From the NCBI GenBank assembly GCA_036677065.1, contig JAKFBS010000001.1, forward strand, positions 224,001-288,000: 64,000 nucleotides of DNA. The letters are read 5' to 3'. Below the pieces are notes generated by a model. It made no database searches. It saw only the letters and a list, made by a program, of their open reading frames with translations, and had not been told where the DNA came from. The stretch comes from Bdellovibrio sp. Its GTDB lineage: Bacteria > Bdellovibrionota > Bdellovibrionia > Bdellovibrionales > Bdellovibrionaceae. Below are positions 11,342 through 21,003 of this stretch, in pieces (the first letter of the stretch is position 1; every line of letters begins with the position of its first letter). The translations under genes and the position numbers were made by a program.

Positions 11342-11513
11342 AGATCCTCCTAAGTGATTTGTTTGTTTAGATGAGTAATCACACCACGAAGGCTCTGTGG
11401 TTTACAAAAATATTGTTTGTTTTTATGCGCGGGGTTATCGATTTAAGATTAGATTTCAGAATCTGATCTCGAACGTATTCGATTCAAGATCAGATTTTCA
11501 TTTGACTGGCTAA

Positions 11514-13967
11514 TTACCCTTGGTGACTAGCAACAAGAACTGCACGTGGCTTACTGCCGTTAGCAGGGCCAACAACACCTTCACGTTCGAAAACTTCGAT
11601 CATGCGAGCTGCGCGTGGGTAACCTAATTTGAAGCGACGTTGAATCAACGAAGCAGAGATCGCTTTTTGCGTGGCTGCCCATGATAAAATTTCGTCATAC
11701 TTTTCATCGTACTCTTCATCCATGTCGGCACCGGCGAATTCAGCGCCTTCACCGTTCATGCCCGCGAAGCTTGATTGGCTTGGTCCGCCTTCAAGAGCCC
11801 GCATCGCTAATTGGTCAAATTCAGGTTCACCCTGATCAGCCCAGAATTTTGCAACCGCATTGATTTCATTTTCTTTTAAGAAAGGACCGTGATGGCGAGT
11901 CGATTTATCAGCGCCTGCTGAATACAGCATATCACCTTGTGATAACAGACGTTCTGCTCCGCCTTCATCTAAGATAATTCTTGAATCCATTTTTGAAGCC
12001 ACACGAAAGCTGATACGGGCTGGAATATTTGTTTTAATTAAACCTGTGACAACGTCTTTACGCGGCGACTGCATCGCTAGCATTAAATGCATACCGCAGG
12101 CGCGTGCCATTTGCGCTAGGCGCACGACACTTTGTTCAACGTTTTGTTTATCAACGGCCATTAAATCACCGAATTCTTCAACGGCAATTACAATGTAAGG
12201 TTGTGGAGTGTAATAGTACTGTTCAAGTTTAAGTAAGCCACCTTGAGCTTCGTATTCAGCGTTTACTTTTTCGTGTTCAGCGACCTGATCTGCAGTTAAG
12301 GATTCCATCTTCGCATTGAACTCTTCAAGGTTGCGGGTCTTAAATTTTGACATCGATTTATAACGCTTATCCATTTCTTTAACACCCCAACGAAGTGCAA
12401 AAACGGCCTTCTTAGCTTCGCGAATCGGCGGCATGATTAAATGCGGGATATCAGCAAACGCCGCTAGATCAACTTGTTTAGGATCGACAAGGATCAAGCG
12501 TAAAGTTTTCGGAGAATGTCTGAATAAAAACCCGATGAGCGTAGATACAGTAAATACTGACTTACCAGAACCTGTCGTACCAGCGATTAATAAGTGAGGC
12601 ATCTTACGTAAATCCACAATGCGTGGATCACCGTTAGTTTGTTTTCCAAGAGCGATTGGAAGTTTAATATCTTCAGACCAGAATTTTTCATCACCCAATA
12701 GGTCTTTTAAGTACACTGTTTCACGTTGGGCATTCGAAGTTTCAATACCGACAACATCGCGCCCTGGAATAGGTGCAATAATACGTAGTGATTCAGCAGA
12801 AAGAGCTAATGATAAATCGTCAGCTAATTTAGAAACATCGCTTACACGCACATCAACATTAGGCTTAAATTCAAACATCGTAACAACCGGGCCGGGCTTA
12901 GCAGCTACGATTTGTCCGCCGACGCCGAAGGTTTTTAGTTTTTCTAAAGTGATATCTGCTTTTCGGCGAATTTCTTTTTCGTCGATTTTAATTCTTGATA
13001 CAGGAGGATCATCAAGCAGAGATAATTTCGGCATACTCCAGTTTTCTACACGGCGAGGAATTTTTACCGGAGCAATCACTTTGCGGCGCGCCGGAGGCTC
13101 ATACGCAGAGACTTGAACCTGCGAATCTGAGTCATCTTCGTCAGCACCATCAAAAATAGCGCTTTCATCATCTTCATCCGCATCGGCTGCGTTCATGCCA
13201 TTGACTGATTCGTCATCGATTTCTTCGTCTTCATCTTCTTCGATAAATTTTTCTTTTACTTTTGGTTGTGTAATTAAGTTCTCGGCAACCGAAGAAGCAG
13301 GTTGAACGGCTTTGGTTTCTTTTTTCTCTTTAGCAGTCTCTTTAGCTTTTTCTTTTGTTAAAGCTTTAAGAGTTGGCCACTGCCAATTAGCCATAAACGA
13401 TGTTTTATCAAGCTTGTTCCACCATTTAAATATTTTTTCTAAAGGACGTTCGGCGGCTTCTTGAATGCTGAATTCAAAATAAAATACGAATAACACTGAC
13501 GACATTGTCCATAAGATGACTTGGGCGCCGACAGAATTTAATAATTTTACAAAACCCATTGAAATGCCAAGGCCAACTAATCCACCCGGATAAATCTGAC
13601 CGTTAAACATTTTCGTGTTCGGAAAATAAATTGTAACTAAAGCTGCAGTGAAGGCGATAAGCGCTACAGCCAGTAAATGACGTGCGTCTTTGAACTGAAT
13701 TTTTTCTCCGCGAAAACTTTCAATAGCTGCATGAAAAAACCCTGCAACACCCACCCAGACGGTTACTCCGAAGGCTTGATATAGAAGGTCAGCTAGAAAG
13801 CTGCCGAGGATTCCACAGTAATTAAGGGTATTAAGGCCCTGACCTGTAGAGTTAAATGAAGGATCTTTTGAGTTATAGCTCATTAATGCTAAGGCTAAAA
13901 ATAACCCTAAGCCTAAAAAACCAATGGCGCGCACATCTTGTTGGAATCTCTTGAAGAATGAATTCAT
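11514..13967 (-). CDS. ftsK: DNA translocase FtsK
   Basis: 4TM N-domain, acidic linker, PHLLIAGTTGSGKSV, GAERLL..GDML, gamma domain (SLIQRRFKLGYPRAAR). Start moved to MNSFF (13967). Confidence 0.96.
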   Translation of the reverse strand: MNSFFKRFQQDVRAIGFLGLGLFLALALMSYNSKDPSFNSTGQGLNTLNYCGILGSFLADLLYQAFGVTVWVGVAGFFHAAIESFRGEKIQFKDARHLLAVALIAFTAALVTIYFPNTKMFNGQIYPGGLVGLGISMGFVKLLNSVGAQVILWTMSSVLFVFYFEFSIQEAAERPLEKIFKWWNKLDKTSFMANWQWPTLKALTKEKAKETAKEKKETKAVQPASSVAENLITQPKVKEKFIEEDEDEEIDDESVNGMNAADADEDDESAIFDGADEDDSDSQVQVSAYEPPARRKVIAPVKIPRRVENWSMPKLSLLDDPPVSRIKIDEKEIRRKADITLEKLKTFGVGGQIVAAKPGPVVTMFEFKPNVDVRVSDVSKLADDLSLALSAESLRIIAPIPGRDVVGIETSNAQRETVYLKDLLGDEKFWSEDIKLPIALGKQTNGDPRIVDLRKMPHLLIAGTTGSGKSVFTVSTLIGFLFRHSPKTLRLILVDPKQVDLAAFADIPHLIMPPIREAKKAVFALRWGVKEMDKRYKSMSKFKTRNLEEFNAKMESLTADQVAEHEKVNAEYEAQGGLLKLEQYYYTPQPYIVIAVEEFGDLMAVDKQNVEQSVVRLAQMARACGMHLMLAMQSPRKDVVTGLIKTNIPARISFRVASKMDSRIILDEGGAERLLSQGDMLYSAGADKSTRHHGPFLKENEINAVAKFWADQGEPEFDQLAMRALEGGPSQSSFAGMNGEGAEFAGADMDEEYDEKYDEILSWAATQKAISASLIQRRFKLGYPRAARMIEVFEREGVVGPANGSKPRAVLVASHQG

Positions 13968-14090
13968 AGTGCTTTCAGTGTAAATTCTATAAAGACTTGC
14001 CGCAAAGCCCCTGAAGTCTAGTCTTGTACAATCGTTTATAGCTAGTGCTTGAGGGCTATCCAAAAGGCTGGTAGGTAGTATGTTCTTTTT

Positions 14091-14732
14091 ATGCAATTAA
14101 AGATCAATGAAATATTTTATTCCATTCAAGGGGAAACCAGCTATGCCGGTCTTCCTACGGTATTCATCCGAACTACGGGTTGTAACCTTCGTTGTACGTA
14201 TTGCGACACGAAGTACTCGTATTATGAGGGCGAATATATGTCGTTTGAAAAAATTTTAGAGATCGTCAAGGGTTACGGCGCCGAATATATATGTCTAACT
14301 GGCGGAGAACCGTTGTTGCAGAAAGATATCCACAAACTAATCCACATTTTGTGTGATGCGGGATACAAAGTTTCACTAGAAACCAGTGGCTCAAAATCAA
14401 TTAAAGACGTCGACCCGCGTGTTAAGGTTATTTTAGATGTAAAGACTCCACAGTCAGGTGCAGCCAATAGTTTTTTATTGGAAAACGTTAATTTCTCGAA
14501 TGAAACCACAGAGTATAAATTTGTAATTTCTGGCGAACAAGATCTCGACTGGTCAGAAAATTTTTGCCGTCAACATGATTTATCAAAAAAATTTACAGTG
14601 CTTTTTAGCCCTTCCCACGGCCAAGTTAGCGAACAGTGGTTGGCTGAACAAATTTTGCAAAAAAAGTTAAAAGTAAGGTTGCATTTGCAGCAACATAAGT
14701 ATATTTGGTTACCCACAACTCGCGGTGTTTAG
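14091..14732 (+). CDS. queE: 7-carboxy-7-deazaguanine synthase (radical SAM)
   Basis: EIFYSIQGE, CNLRCTYCDT, TGGEPLLQ, LQQHKYIW. Confidence 0.9.
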   Translation: MQLKINEIFYSIQGETSYAGLPTVFIRTTGCNLRCTYCDTKYSYYEGEYMSFEKILEIVKGYGAEYICLTGGEPLLQKDIHKLIHILCDAGYKVSLETSGSKSIKDVDPRVKVILDVKTPQSGAANSFLLENVNFSNETTEYKFVISGEQDLDWSENFCRQHDLSKKFTVLFSPSHGQVSEQWLAEQILQKKLKVRLHLQQHKYIWLPTTRGV

Positions 14733-14837
14733 AAAAACACCATTAATTTAAAACCTACGGTACTGTTACCTATATGTAAGGTGCATATAGCTGAGAGTGC
14801 TGTTACCAAACCGAACCACTATGTAAGAGGGAGTTCC

Positions 14838-15200
14838 ATGACGCCAAATCTGAACAATTCAGAAAACCTTTTTGTCGCAAACCTACAACAAGTTTCTTTA
14901 GAAAAACTTGTGAAAAGCAAATTGGAAGTATTATTCCAACAACAAAAAGAAGCTCAAGTTGAGTTAAACGGTTTATACAATATCGTTTTAGAACAAGTTG
15001 AACGTCCTCTAATCGAACTAGCTCTTAAAGCTTACAACGGTAACCAAGTTAAGACTGCTTTAATGTTAGGTATCAACCGTAACACTCTTAAAAAGAAAAT
15101 CGACAACTACAAATTGAAACCTAAAAAAGGTGCTGCTGCACAAATCACTGGTATGGTAGTTCCACAAACTATCGAAACTTCTCCAGTTCTTACTCAGTAA
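14838..15200 (+). CDS. fis: Fis-family DNA-binding protein
   Basis: [18 protein letters not shown]...[31 protein letters not shown] before the ATG at 14838. Confidence 0.85.
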   Translation: MTPNLNNSENLFVANLQQVSLEKLVKSKLEVLFQQQKEAQVELNGLYNIVLEQVERPLIELALKAYNGNQVKTALMLGINRNTLKKKIDNYKLKPKKGAAAQITGMVVPQTIETSPVLTQ

Positions 15201-15342
15201 TTATTCTGTAAATTAGTTTAGTAAATAATTACTGAACTAATTTAAATTCAAATTTAAATTTGATACGAAACATTAGACATCGACAGACCATAAGTCCTCG
15301 GTGTCTAATAGTTTTAGGCTCTTTAAGAGGGGATAATTAAAG

Positions 15343-16797
15343 ATGCAAATGGATCGCAATACACGAAAATCAGATCAACCGATAAATAAAATTCCACCTC
15401 AACATCTTGAGGCTGAATTTTCTGTATTAGGTGGCTTGATGTTAGATAGCGAAGCTTTCGACGAAGTTGCTGATGTCATTACATACTCTGATTTCTATAA
15501 TCCCGCTCATCAAACGATTTACCAGACAATTTTAGATCTTCATCAAAAGGCACAACCGATCGATCTTGTGACTGTGACTAATGCGTTAGTTGCAAAAAAC
15601 TTGTTAGAACAAATCGGCGGCGCAGCTTACTTACTTAGTCTTTTAGAAAAAGTAATGTCAGCGGCAAACATTGAGGCCCATGCTAAAATTATTAAAGAAA
15701 AAGCGTTATTGCGTAAATTAATCCACACTTCGACGAACTTTATCGAAAAGTCTTTCGGTAATGATTTTGATTCAGTTGAATCGTTAATCGATTATGCTGA
15801 ATCTGAAATTTTAAAAGTCGGTGAACAAAATGCTTCGGGTGGCTTAACTAGCCCGAACGAAATCGTTACAGCTTCGATCAAAAAAATCGAAGAGCTTTAT
15901 CAACGTAAAGCTGAAGTTACAGGTATTCCAACTGGCTTCACTGAAATGGATAAAATGACAGCCGGCTTTCATCCCGGCGAGTTAATTATCATTGCCGCTC
16001 GTCCGTCTATGGGTAAAACAGCGTTCTCTCTGAATGTTGCCAGCCACATGGCTTTACGCGCCGGTAAGTCTGTAGCTTACTTCTCTGTCGAGATGGGTAA
16101 AGAATCATTAATGATGCGTCTTCTTGCCGGTGAATCTCGTATTTCTATGAGTGAGTTACGTAATGGTCGTATTCAAGATGCGTCTTGGCCAAAACTAATC
16201 CAAGCCGCTGGTACTTTAAGTGAATCTAAAATGTTTATTGATGATACTTCAGGGATCTCACCATTCGAGATTCGTGCAAGATGTCGTCGTTTAAAAGCGC
16301 AACACGGTTTAGACTGTATCATGATCGATTACATGCAGATCATGCAGTTAAAAGAGAAAAAAGTAGATAACCGCGAGCGTGAGATTTCTGAAATTTCTCG
16401 TAATTTAAAATCAATCGCGAAAGAGCTTCAGGTTCCGGTTATTGCGTTAGCTCAGTTAAATCGTGGTGTTGAGGGCCGTGCCGATCGTCGTCCAATGTTA
16501 TCAGATCTTCGTGAGTCTGGATCGATCGAGCAAGATGCCGATGTGATCATGATGTTATATCGTGATGACTACTATGAAAAAGATGATCCAGAAAAAGCAG
16601 GTCATGCAGAAGTTATTATTGGTAAACAGCGTAATGGTGCCACAGGTACTGTAAAGCTTCGCTTTGATGCGAAAACCAATAGATTCCGTGATGCAGATCC
16701 TGAATCAATTTCACCACTTCCGCCACCGCAGGCTCCGCCTCCGATGCCAGGACAGTTTGGTAAACCTAAAAACTTTGCACCAGGTGCAGGTAGATAA
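15343..16797 (+). CDS. dnaB: Replicative DNA helicase
   Basis: PPQHLEAE, IIAARPSMGKTA, IDYMQ, LAQLNR, LSDLRESGSIEQDAD, KQRNG. Confidence 0.98.
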   Translation: MQMDRNTRKSDQPINKIPPQHLEAEFSVLGGLMLDSEAFDEVADVITYSDFYNPAHQTIYQTILDLHQKAQPIDLVTVTNALVAKNLLEQIGGAAYLLSLLEKVMSAANIEAHAKIIKEKALLRKLIHTSTNFIEKSFGNDFDSVESLIDYAESEILKVGEQNASGGLTSPNEIVTASIKKIEELYQRKAEVTGIPTGFTEMDKMTAGFHPGELIIIAARPSMGKTAFSLNVASHMALRAGKSVAYFSVEMGKESLMMRLLAGESRISMSELRNGRIQDASWPKLIQAAGTLSESKMFIDDTSGISPFEIRARCRRLKAQHGLDCIMIDYMQIMQLKEKKVDNREREISEISRNLKSIAKELQVPVIALAQLNRGVEGRADRRPMLSDLRESGSIEQDADVIMMLYRDDYYEKDDPEKAGHAEVIIGKQRNGATGTVKLRFDAKTNRFRDADPESISPLPPPQAPPPMPGQFGKPKNFAPGAGR

Positions 16798-16805
16798 TTT
16801 AAATT

Positions 16806-17324
16806 TTAATTTGGTGAGTTAGCTGATTTTAATTGGCTAACTTGGCTTTCAGTTAATTCAGGTAAGAATTGTGCTGTTTCACGTAAGTTCGTGCAGCGAA
16901 TGTTAATTCTACCTTGTTTGTCTTGCACAATTGATCCGTCTGATTTGTAAACTGGTGCGAATTTGAAAGCCTGATAATACTCTTTGTCTTGGATTTCTTC
17001 TGACATAGCGAACCAGCTTTTGGCTTTGGGTAAATCACTTAAAAAAACTAAATGGCCGTGAATGGTGATTTGACCATTTGCCGCTGTAGTTTTACCGATA
17101 AATTTATGAGTGAATGTTGCTCCGCTGATATATGAAAAACTAATTCCTGGCGAGTTATCGTCTAAAACTACGCCGCCAACTTTAAGATTTGCTTTTGCTG
17201 TAGAACATTCAAGAGCTCCGCGCGACATCGCTGCGATGACTGCTGCTGTAGGCACTGCTTCTTGCTGTTGAGCGAAAGCTGTATTTGTGACTGCAAAAAC
17301 CAATGTTAAAATTAAGTGTCTCAT
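16806..17324 (-). CDS. Secreted hypothetical protein
   Basis: Signal peptide (AFA/Q), AGGAG RBS, two Cys. Confidence 0.6.
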   Translation of the reverse strand: MRHLILTLVFAVTNTAFAQQQEAVPTAAVIAAMSRGALECSTAKANLKVGGVVLDDNSPGISFSYISGATFTHKFIGKTTAANGQITIHGHLVFLSDLPKAKSWFAMSEEIQDKEYYQAFKFAPVYKSDGSIVQDKQGRINIRCTNLRETAQFLPELTESQVSQLKSANSPN

Positions 17325-17457
17325 TTTAAGACTCCTTTGTTCTCTAGTTTATTAACTTATTGAATTTGCAAGGTTTGCGCCTGTATAGACGAAGTAATGC
17401 GTTATAGCGCCCTGAAAGTTGTTTCAAAAATAGAAGGCGACAGTTTTTGTAAGCTAC

Positions 17458-18153
17458 TTACACTAGATGCAGAATTTTTTTGAAGTCTTGCGGTAATGGA
17501 GCTTCTACATTGGTTTGAACTTTAGTTATCGGGTGTGGAAAATTCAGTTGAAAAGCATGTAACATCAAGCGCGGGACTTCGCTGCTTTTACCGCCGTAAA
17601 TATTATCACCTAAAATTGAGCGATAACTTTCTTGCAGGTGTTGGCGAATCTGATGGGTGCGGCCGGTTTTAGGTGTGCACTGAATATAATGAAATAATGG
17701 CGTAGTGTTTAAAATTTTAAAATGCGTTTCAGCGGGCCAGCCGCCACTTTTGACTGAAATCATTCTGGTTTTTTTACCTAAGCCCTTAGCTGGTGCCATA
17801 AAATTTTTAATGACCCATTCACTTTGATCGGCTTGCAATTGTTCACACTGCACTTTTTTTCCGGCTGTTAAAGGATTAGGACGAGTTAAACAGTGGTAAA
17901 TTTTTTCAAAGCTATGCCCTTTAAACATTTCTGTTAATGGATAATTGGCGGCTTTGGCTTTGCTTAATAAAAACACGCCTGAAGTTTCGTAATCAAGGCG
18001 GTGATGCATAAACAGTTTGCCTTTAAGATCAGGGCGAATATCAACTAAGGATTCTAATACAGGTTTTCTGTCTTTATTAAACGAGGGCTGCGATAACATC
18101 ATCGCAGGCTTGTTTACACATATGATAAATTCGTCTTCAAATAAAATTTGCAT
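17458..18153 (-). CDS. RluA-family RNA pseudouridine synthase
   Basis: ILFEDE...NKP, HRLDYETSG, TGRTHQIR.HL, ILGD.IYG, LMLHA. Start moved to MQILF. Confidence 0.92.
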   Translation of the reverse strand: MQILFEDEFIICVNKPAMMLSQPSFNKDRKPVLESLVDIRPDLKGKLFMHHRLDYETSGVFLLSKAKAANYPLTEMFKGHSFEKIYHCLTRPNPLTAGKKVQCEQLQADQSEWVIKNFMAPAKGLGKKTRMISVKSGGWPAETHFKILNTTPLFHYIQCTPKTGRTHQIRQHLQESYRSILGDNIYGGKSSEVPRLMLHAFQLNFPHPITKVQTNVEAPLPQDFKKILHLV

Positions 18154-18154
18154 G

Positions 18155-19747
18155 TTAGAAAAGATATTCGATACCCAATAGGTATGTCGATACTTTTTCA
18201 TCTAAAGAGCGCGAAGCCGGGGTCTTGGTTCCTGAACCCGAAAAGTTGGCTTGTACATTTGAAAAGCTGATTACGCCTTTAAAGTTGATATTTGTCGTGT
18301 ATTGAACTGTTCCTAAGACATCGAACTGATTAAACGACGGCGATGCGCTGCCTGAATTAACAGGCTTTTCGCTGAAGTTTTCAAAAAACAAAAATTTTGC
18401 CTGAGCACCAATAGCTACATCATTTTTAAGAGTGACCGGAAACATTCCGCCGACAGTTAAATCAACGCCTGTTAAATCAAAAGATGTAAATGCTGTAGGG
18501 GTTGTATCTGTCACGCGCACACTGTGAGTGTAATAACCAAGACTTGCCGAAATTTGTGGTCCCCAGAAATTACCATCAATTAAATATTTATAACCAAATG
18601 AGAGATCCATTATATTTAATGTGTAATTTAATGAGGTTGGTAATGAACCAGCTAAGTCATTGGCTGTTTTAAAACTGGATTGTTGTAATTCTAACTCTGC
18701 AAAATATTCAGGTGTAATCCAAAGTTCTGCCGCTAAATCAAAAGTTAAAGCTAAAGATTTTTCGGCCTCTAAGCTTGTGCCATTCGTTAAAACGGTATTA
18801 TCAGTAAAGTCAGTAAAACCACCCATTAAAGAAAGTTTTCCGTACTGCGGAGTCGGCGCAGGTAACCACTCGACTGCATTTTTTTCGTTTGGTAAAACTT
18901 CAGCTAAAGGTGCAGTGCCTTTAGGCGGATATTTTACGCCTTCTAATGGCAAGACTTTACTGCCGCGGTCAATCACGCCATTTTCTTTTTCAAACGAGAT
19001 TTCACCAAAGCTTGAATTGCTTTCAACCTGGGTTAATGCAACACGGCCGATAATCTCTTTTTCAACGCTGGTCATGAAATTAAGTTTTGGATGACGATTC
19101 ACTTTTAATATTTGCGCGATGGTTAAAACTGCACCATCAGTAAGACCAGCGTTTTTTCCGATATTTACTGTCACTGAATTACCGCTGCGGCTAGTGATGT
19201 ATCCGCTATAAGGAAGTTTAGCTTTAAGCGCTGCATACATTTTTGTAACGACTTCATTGACTTTGCTGATTTCAAAAAGCGTAGCGTTTTGATATTCTTC
19301 GCGAAGTAAAAGCTTTCCGCCATCACGAGTGTAAAGGTTCAACTGAATATTTAAACCTTGGGGACCTTTAATTAAAAAACATGTTAAGACAGCATCGGCC
19401 TGTGATTTCTCTAAGACTTGTAACGTCAGTTGCTGGTCTTCATCAAACTCATCAACACGAATATCTTTTTTTGGTGAACTAAAATCGGCTAACGCCCAAA
19501 AATAATCGTCTTTAATTAAAGATTTTAAATGCTCTTCGACTGATTTTTTATAAATGTTATTTGAATTATCATAAATTGGAGCCACGGTAACAGCTTTGAT
19601 CACCAAAGCTTGGTCAGACAAACTTGTGTATTTTGTTGGAAAAGGTGTTTTGTTTTTTAAACTGGTTGTTTGCGCCGATGCAGTTTGCGCAAAAGCAGTT
19701 AAACCAAAAACAAAAAAACACAAGGCTGTTAATCTAATGATGTTCAT
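18155..19747 (-). CDS. Outer-membrane protein: periplasmic domains plus C-terminal beta-barrel
   Basis: Signal peptide. Middle FlgT-C-like segment (VTVNIGKNAGL). Amphipathic strands ending LLGIEYLF (terminal Phe beta-signal). Confidence 0.6.
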   Translation of the reverse strand: MNIIRLTALCFFVFGLTAFAQTASAQTTSLKNKTPFPTKYTSLSDQALVIKAVTVAPIYDNSNNIYKKSVEEHLKSLIKDDYFWALADFSSPKKDIRVDEFDEDQQLTLQVLEKSQADAVLTCFLIKGPQGLNIQLNLYTRDGGKLLLREEYQNATLFEISKVNEVVTKMYAALKAKLPYSGYITSRSGNSVTVNIGKNAGLTDGAVLTIAQILKVNRHPKLNFMTSVEKEIIGRVALTQVESNSSFGEISFEKENGVIDRGSKVLPLEGVKYPPKGTAPLAEVLPNEKNAVEWLPAPTPQYGKLSLMGGFTDFTDNTVLTNGTSLEAEKSLALTFDLAAELWITPEYFAELELQQSSFKTANDLAGSLPTSLNYTLNIMDLSFGYKYLIDGNFWGPQISASLGYYTHSVRVTDTTPTAFTSFDLTGVDLTVGGMFPVTLKNDVAIGAQAKFLFFENFSEKPVNSGSASPSFNQFDVLGTVQYTTNINFKGVISFSNVQANFSGSGTKTPASRSLDEKVSTYLLGIEYLF

Positions 19748-19877
19748 AGTTTTATTGTCTAACGAAAGGGGTTAGCTCGCAAGCCTAAGGCTGTGCTTTT
19801 GGCCAGCTTTTGCGAATTGTAGTTCGTCTTTGAAATATCATTCTATAAACTATAAATAGGACATCGAGGTAATCAAC

Positions 19878-20261
19878 ATGGATGAATTCAAATTTGTTCT
19901 TAAATGCTTTTTAATTTCTTGTATGATCGTGATCTTTTCACAGACACGAATTTCAGGAGAAACTTTAGAAAATAAAGCTTTTGTCTATTTACAGCACTCA
20001 GATACCGCTCACTGGGTGCGTGCAGCTGCAGATGGCGGCATTAAAATGATTCGCCAAGGGGCAGAGATAACTCAAAATTTTATCAGTGATAAATTTGGCA
20101 GTGGTACAAGCTCTAGCCATAGTCAACGAATGGCTCCAGCTCCGGCGGTTGTCAGCAATACGGGAATATTTCGTAAATTAGAAAAACAGGAAACCCAACA
20201 GCGGGGGGACACTGTTGAGTCTGAAAATTCTGAAGAAAATTTAGAAGAAGAACAGTACTAG
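19878..20261 (+). CDS. Hypothetical membrane-anchored protein
   Basis: GAGG RBS, N-terminal hydrophobic helix, acidic tail. Confidence 0.6.
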   Translation: MDEFKFVLKCFLISCMIVIFSQTRISGETLENKAFVYLQHSDTAHWVRAAADGGIKMIRQGAEITQNFISDKFGSGTSSSHSQRMAPAPAVVSNTGIFRKLEKQETQQRGDTVESENSEENLEEEQY

Positions 20262-20485
20262 TTAGCTGATCTACCTGGTTTTACTGAAGTTGTTCCAACA
20301 GAAGATTTTGCCAACATCTGAGCATAAAAGTTTGTGCTTTTATCATTACGACTAACTTGTTTAGTAAAGATTTTTCCGCAAGGTAAGACGATCGGGCTGT
20401 CTGAAGCTGATCCTGGCGTTGATAAAGCCATTGATAATGAAGTGAATAATAATCCTGCTGCTAGTGTGATAATTGCTTTTTTCAT
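20258..20485 (-). CDS. Small secreted protein
   Basis: MKKAIITLAAGLLFTSLSMA signal peptide. GAGG RBS before the ATG at 20485. Ser/Thr/Lys-rich with one Cys. Confidence 0.7.
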   Translation of the reverse strand: MKKAIITLAAGLLFTSLSMALSTPGSASDSPIVLPCGKIFTKQVSRNDKSTNFYAQMLAKSSVGTTSVKPGRSAN

Positions 20486-20526
20486 TAGTACCTCGCTTTT
20501 ATAGAGTTCGTTATACATAGATACAT

Positions 20527-20542
20527 AGCGAACCGGGTGCCA
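20527..20542 (-). promoter_or_regulatory. Sigma54 -24/-12 promoter
   Basis: Minus strand TGGCACCCGGTTCGCT, exact GG-N10-GC, about 40 bp upstream of the ATG at 20485. Confidence 0.65.
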
Positions 20543-20563
20543 AGAAGTGAGGTTTGAAGCAAT

Positions 20564-20591
20564 AAAAAATCCCCTGTGATTTCAGGGGATT
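20564..20591 (-). terminator. Intrinsic terminator after the hit-like gene
   Basis: Minus strand AATCCCCTG-aaatca-CAGGGGATT running into a T-tract. Confidence 0.75.
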
Positions 20592-20656
20592 AGCTAAGTG
20601 TCTCAGAGTGAGATCGTCTAATGTTTTGACAGGTGTTAAGCCTTAACTGAAATAAA

Positions 20657-20998
20657 CTAGTTTCCTGTATCAACACCATTGTTATTAGAGGGAGTGCCAG
20701 TTCCACCAGCTCCTGTTTGTTGGATAATTCCAGGAGAAGCTCTGCGTGTAGAAGAAGATAAAAGCACGTTTCCTGCTTTTTGGCAGTTCGTACATGTTTT
20801 AACTTGAGATGCACCGGCTCCTAGAACTGTAACGCCAGATTGGTTGGCTTCTTCCACTGCTTGGCCATCGCCGTTGGGTTCATCACCTACAGCCGCTGTG
20901 CGACCTTTTGGAAACTCATCAGCAGAAGCTTGAGTTGAGTAAGTAGTCACTGCGAACAAAACAATTAATAATAAAGAAATAATTTTTTTCATCGCCAT
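20657..20998 (-). CDS. hit: Hit (Bd0108)-like secreted, disordered pilus regulator
   Basis: Directly downstream of the Bd0109-like gene. Signal peptide ending ASA/DE, G.EPN, a CxxC (CTNC) and a Gly/Ser/Thr-rich tail parallel Bd0108 (ASADE...GEDPN...CREC, from recall). Confidence 0.7.
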   Translation of the reverse strand: MAMKKIISLLLIVLFAVTTYSTQASADEFPKGRTAAVGDEPNGDGQAVEEANQSGVTVLGAGASQVKTCTNCQKAGNVLLSSSTRRASPGIIQQTGAGGTGTPSNNNGVDTGN

Positions 20999-21003
20999 CG
21001 CTC

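Noticed and set aside
14091..14732. queE as part of a 7-deazaguanine DNA-modification (dpd) defence island
   Set aside because: No dpdA, queC or queD neighbours. Housekeeping context.
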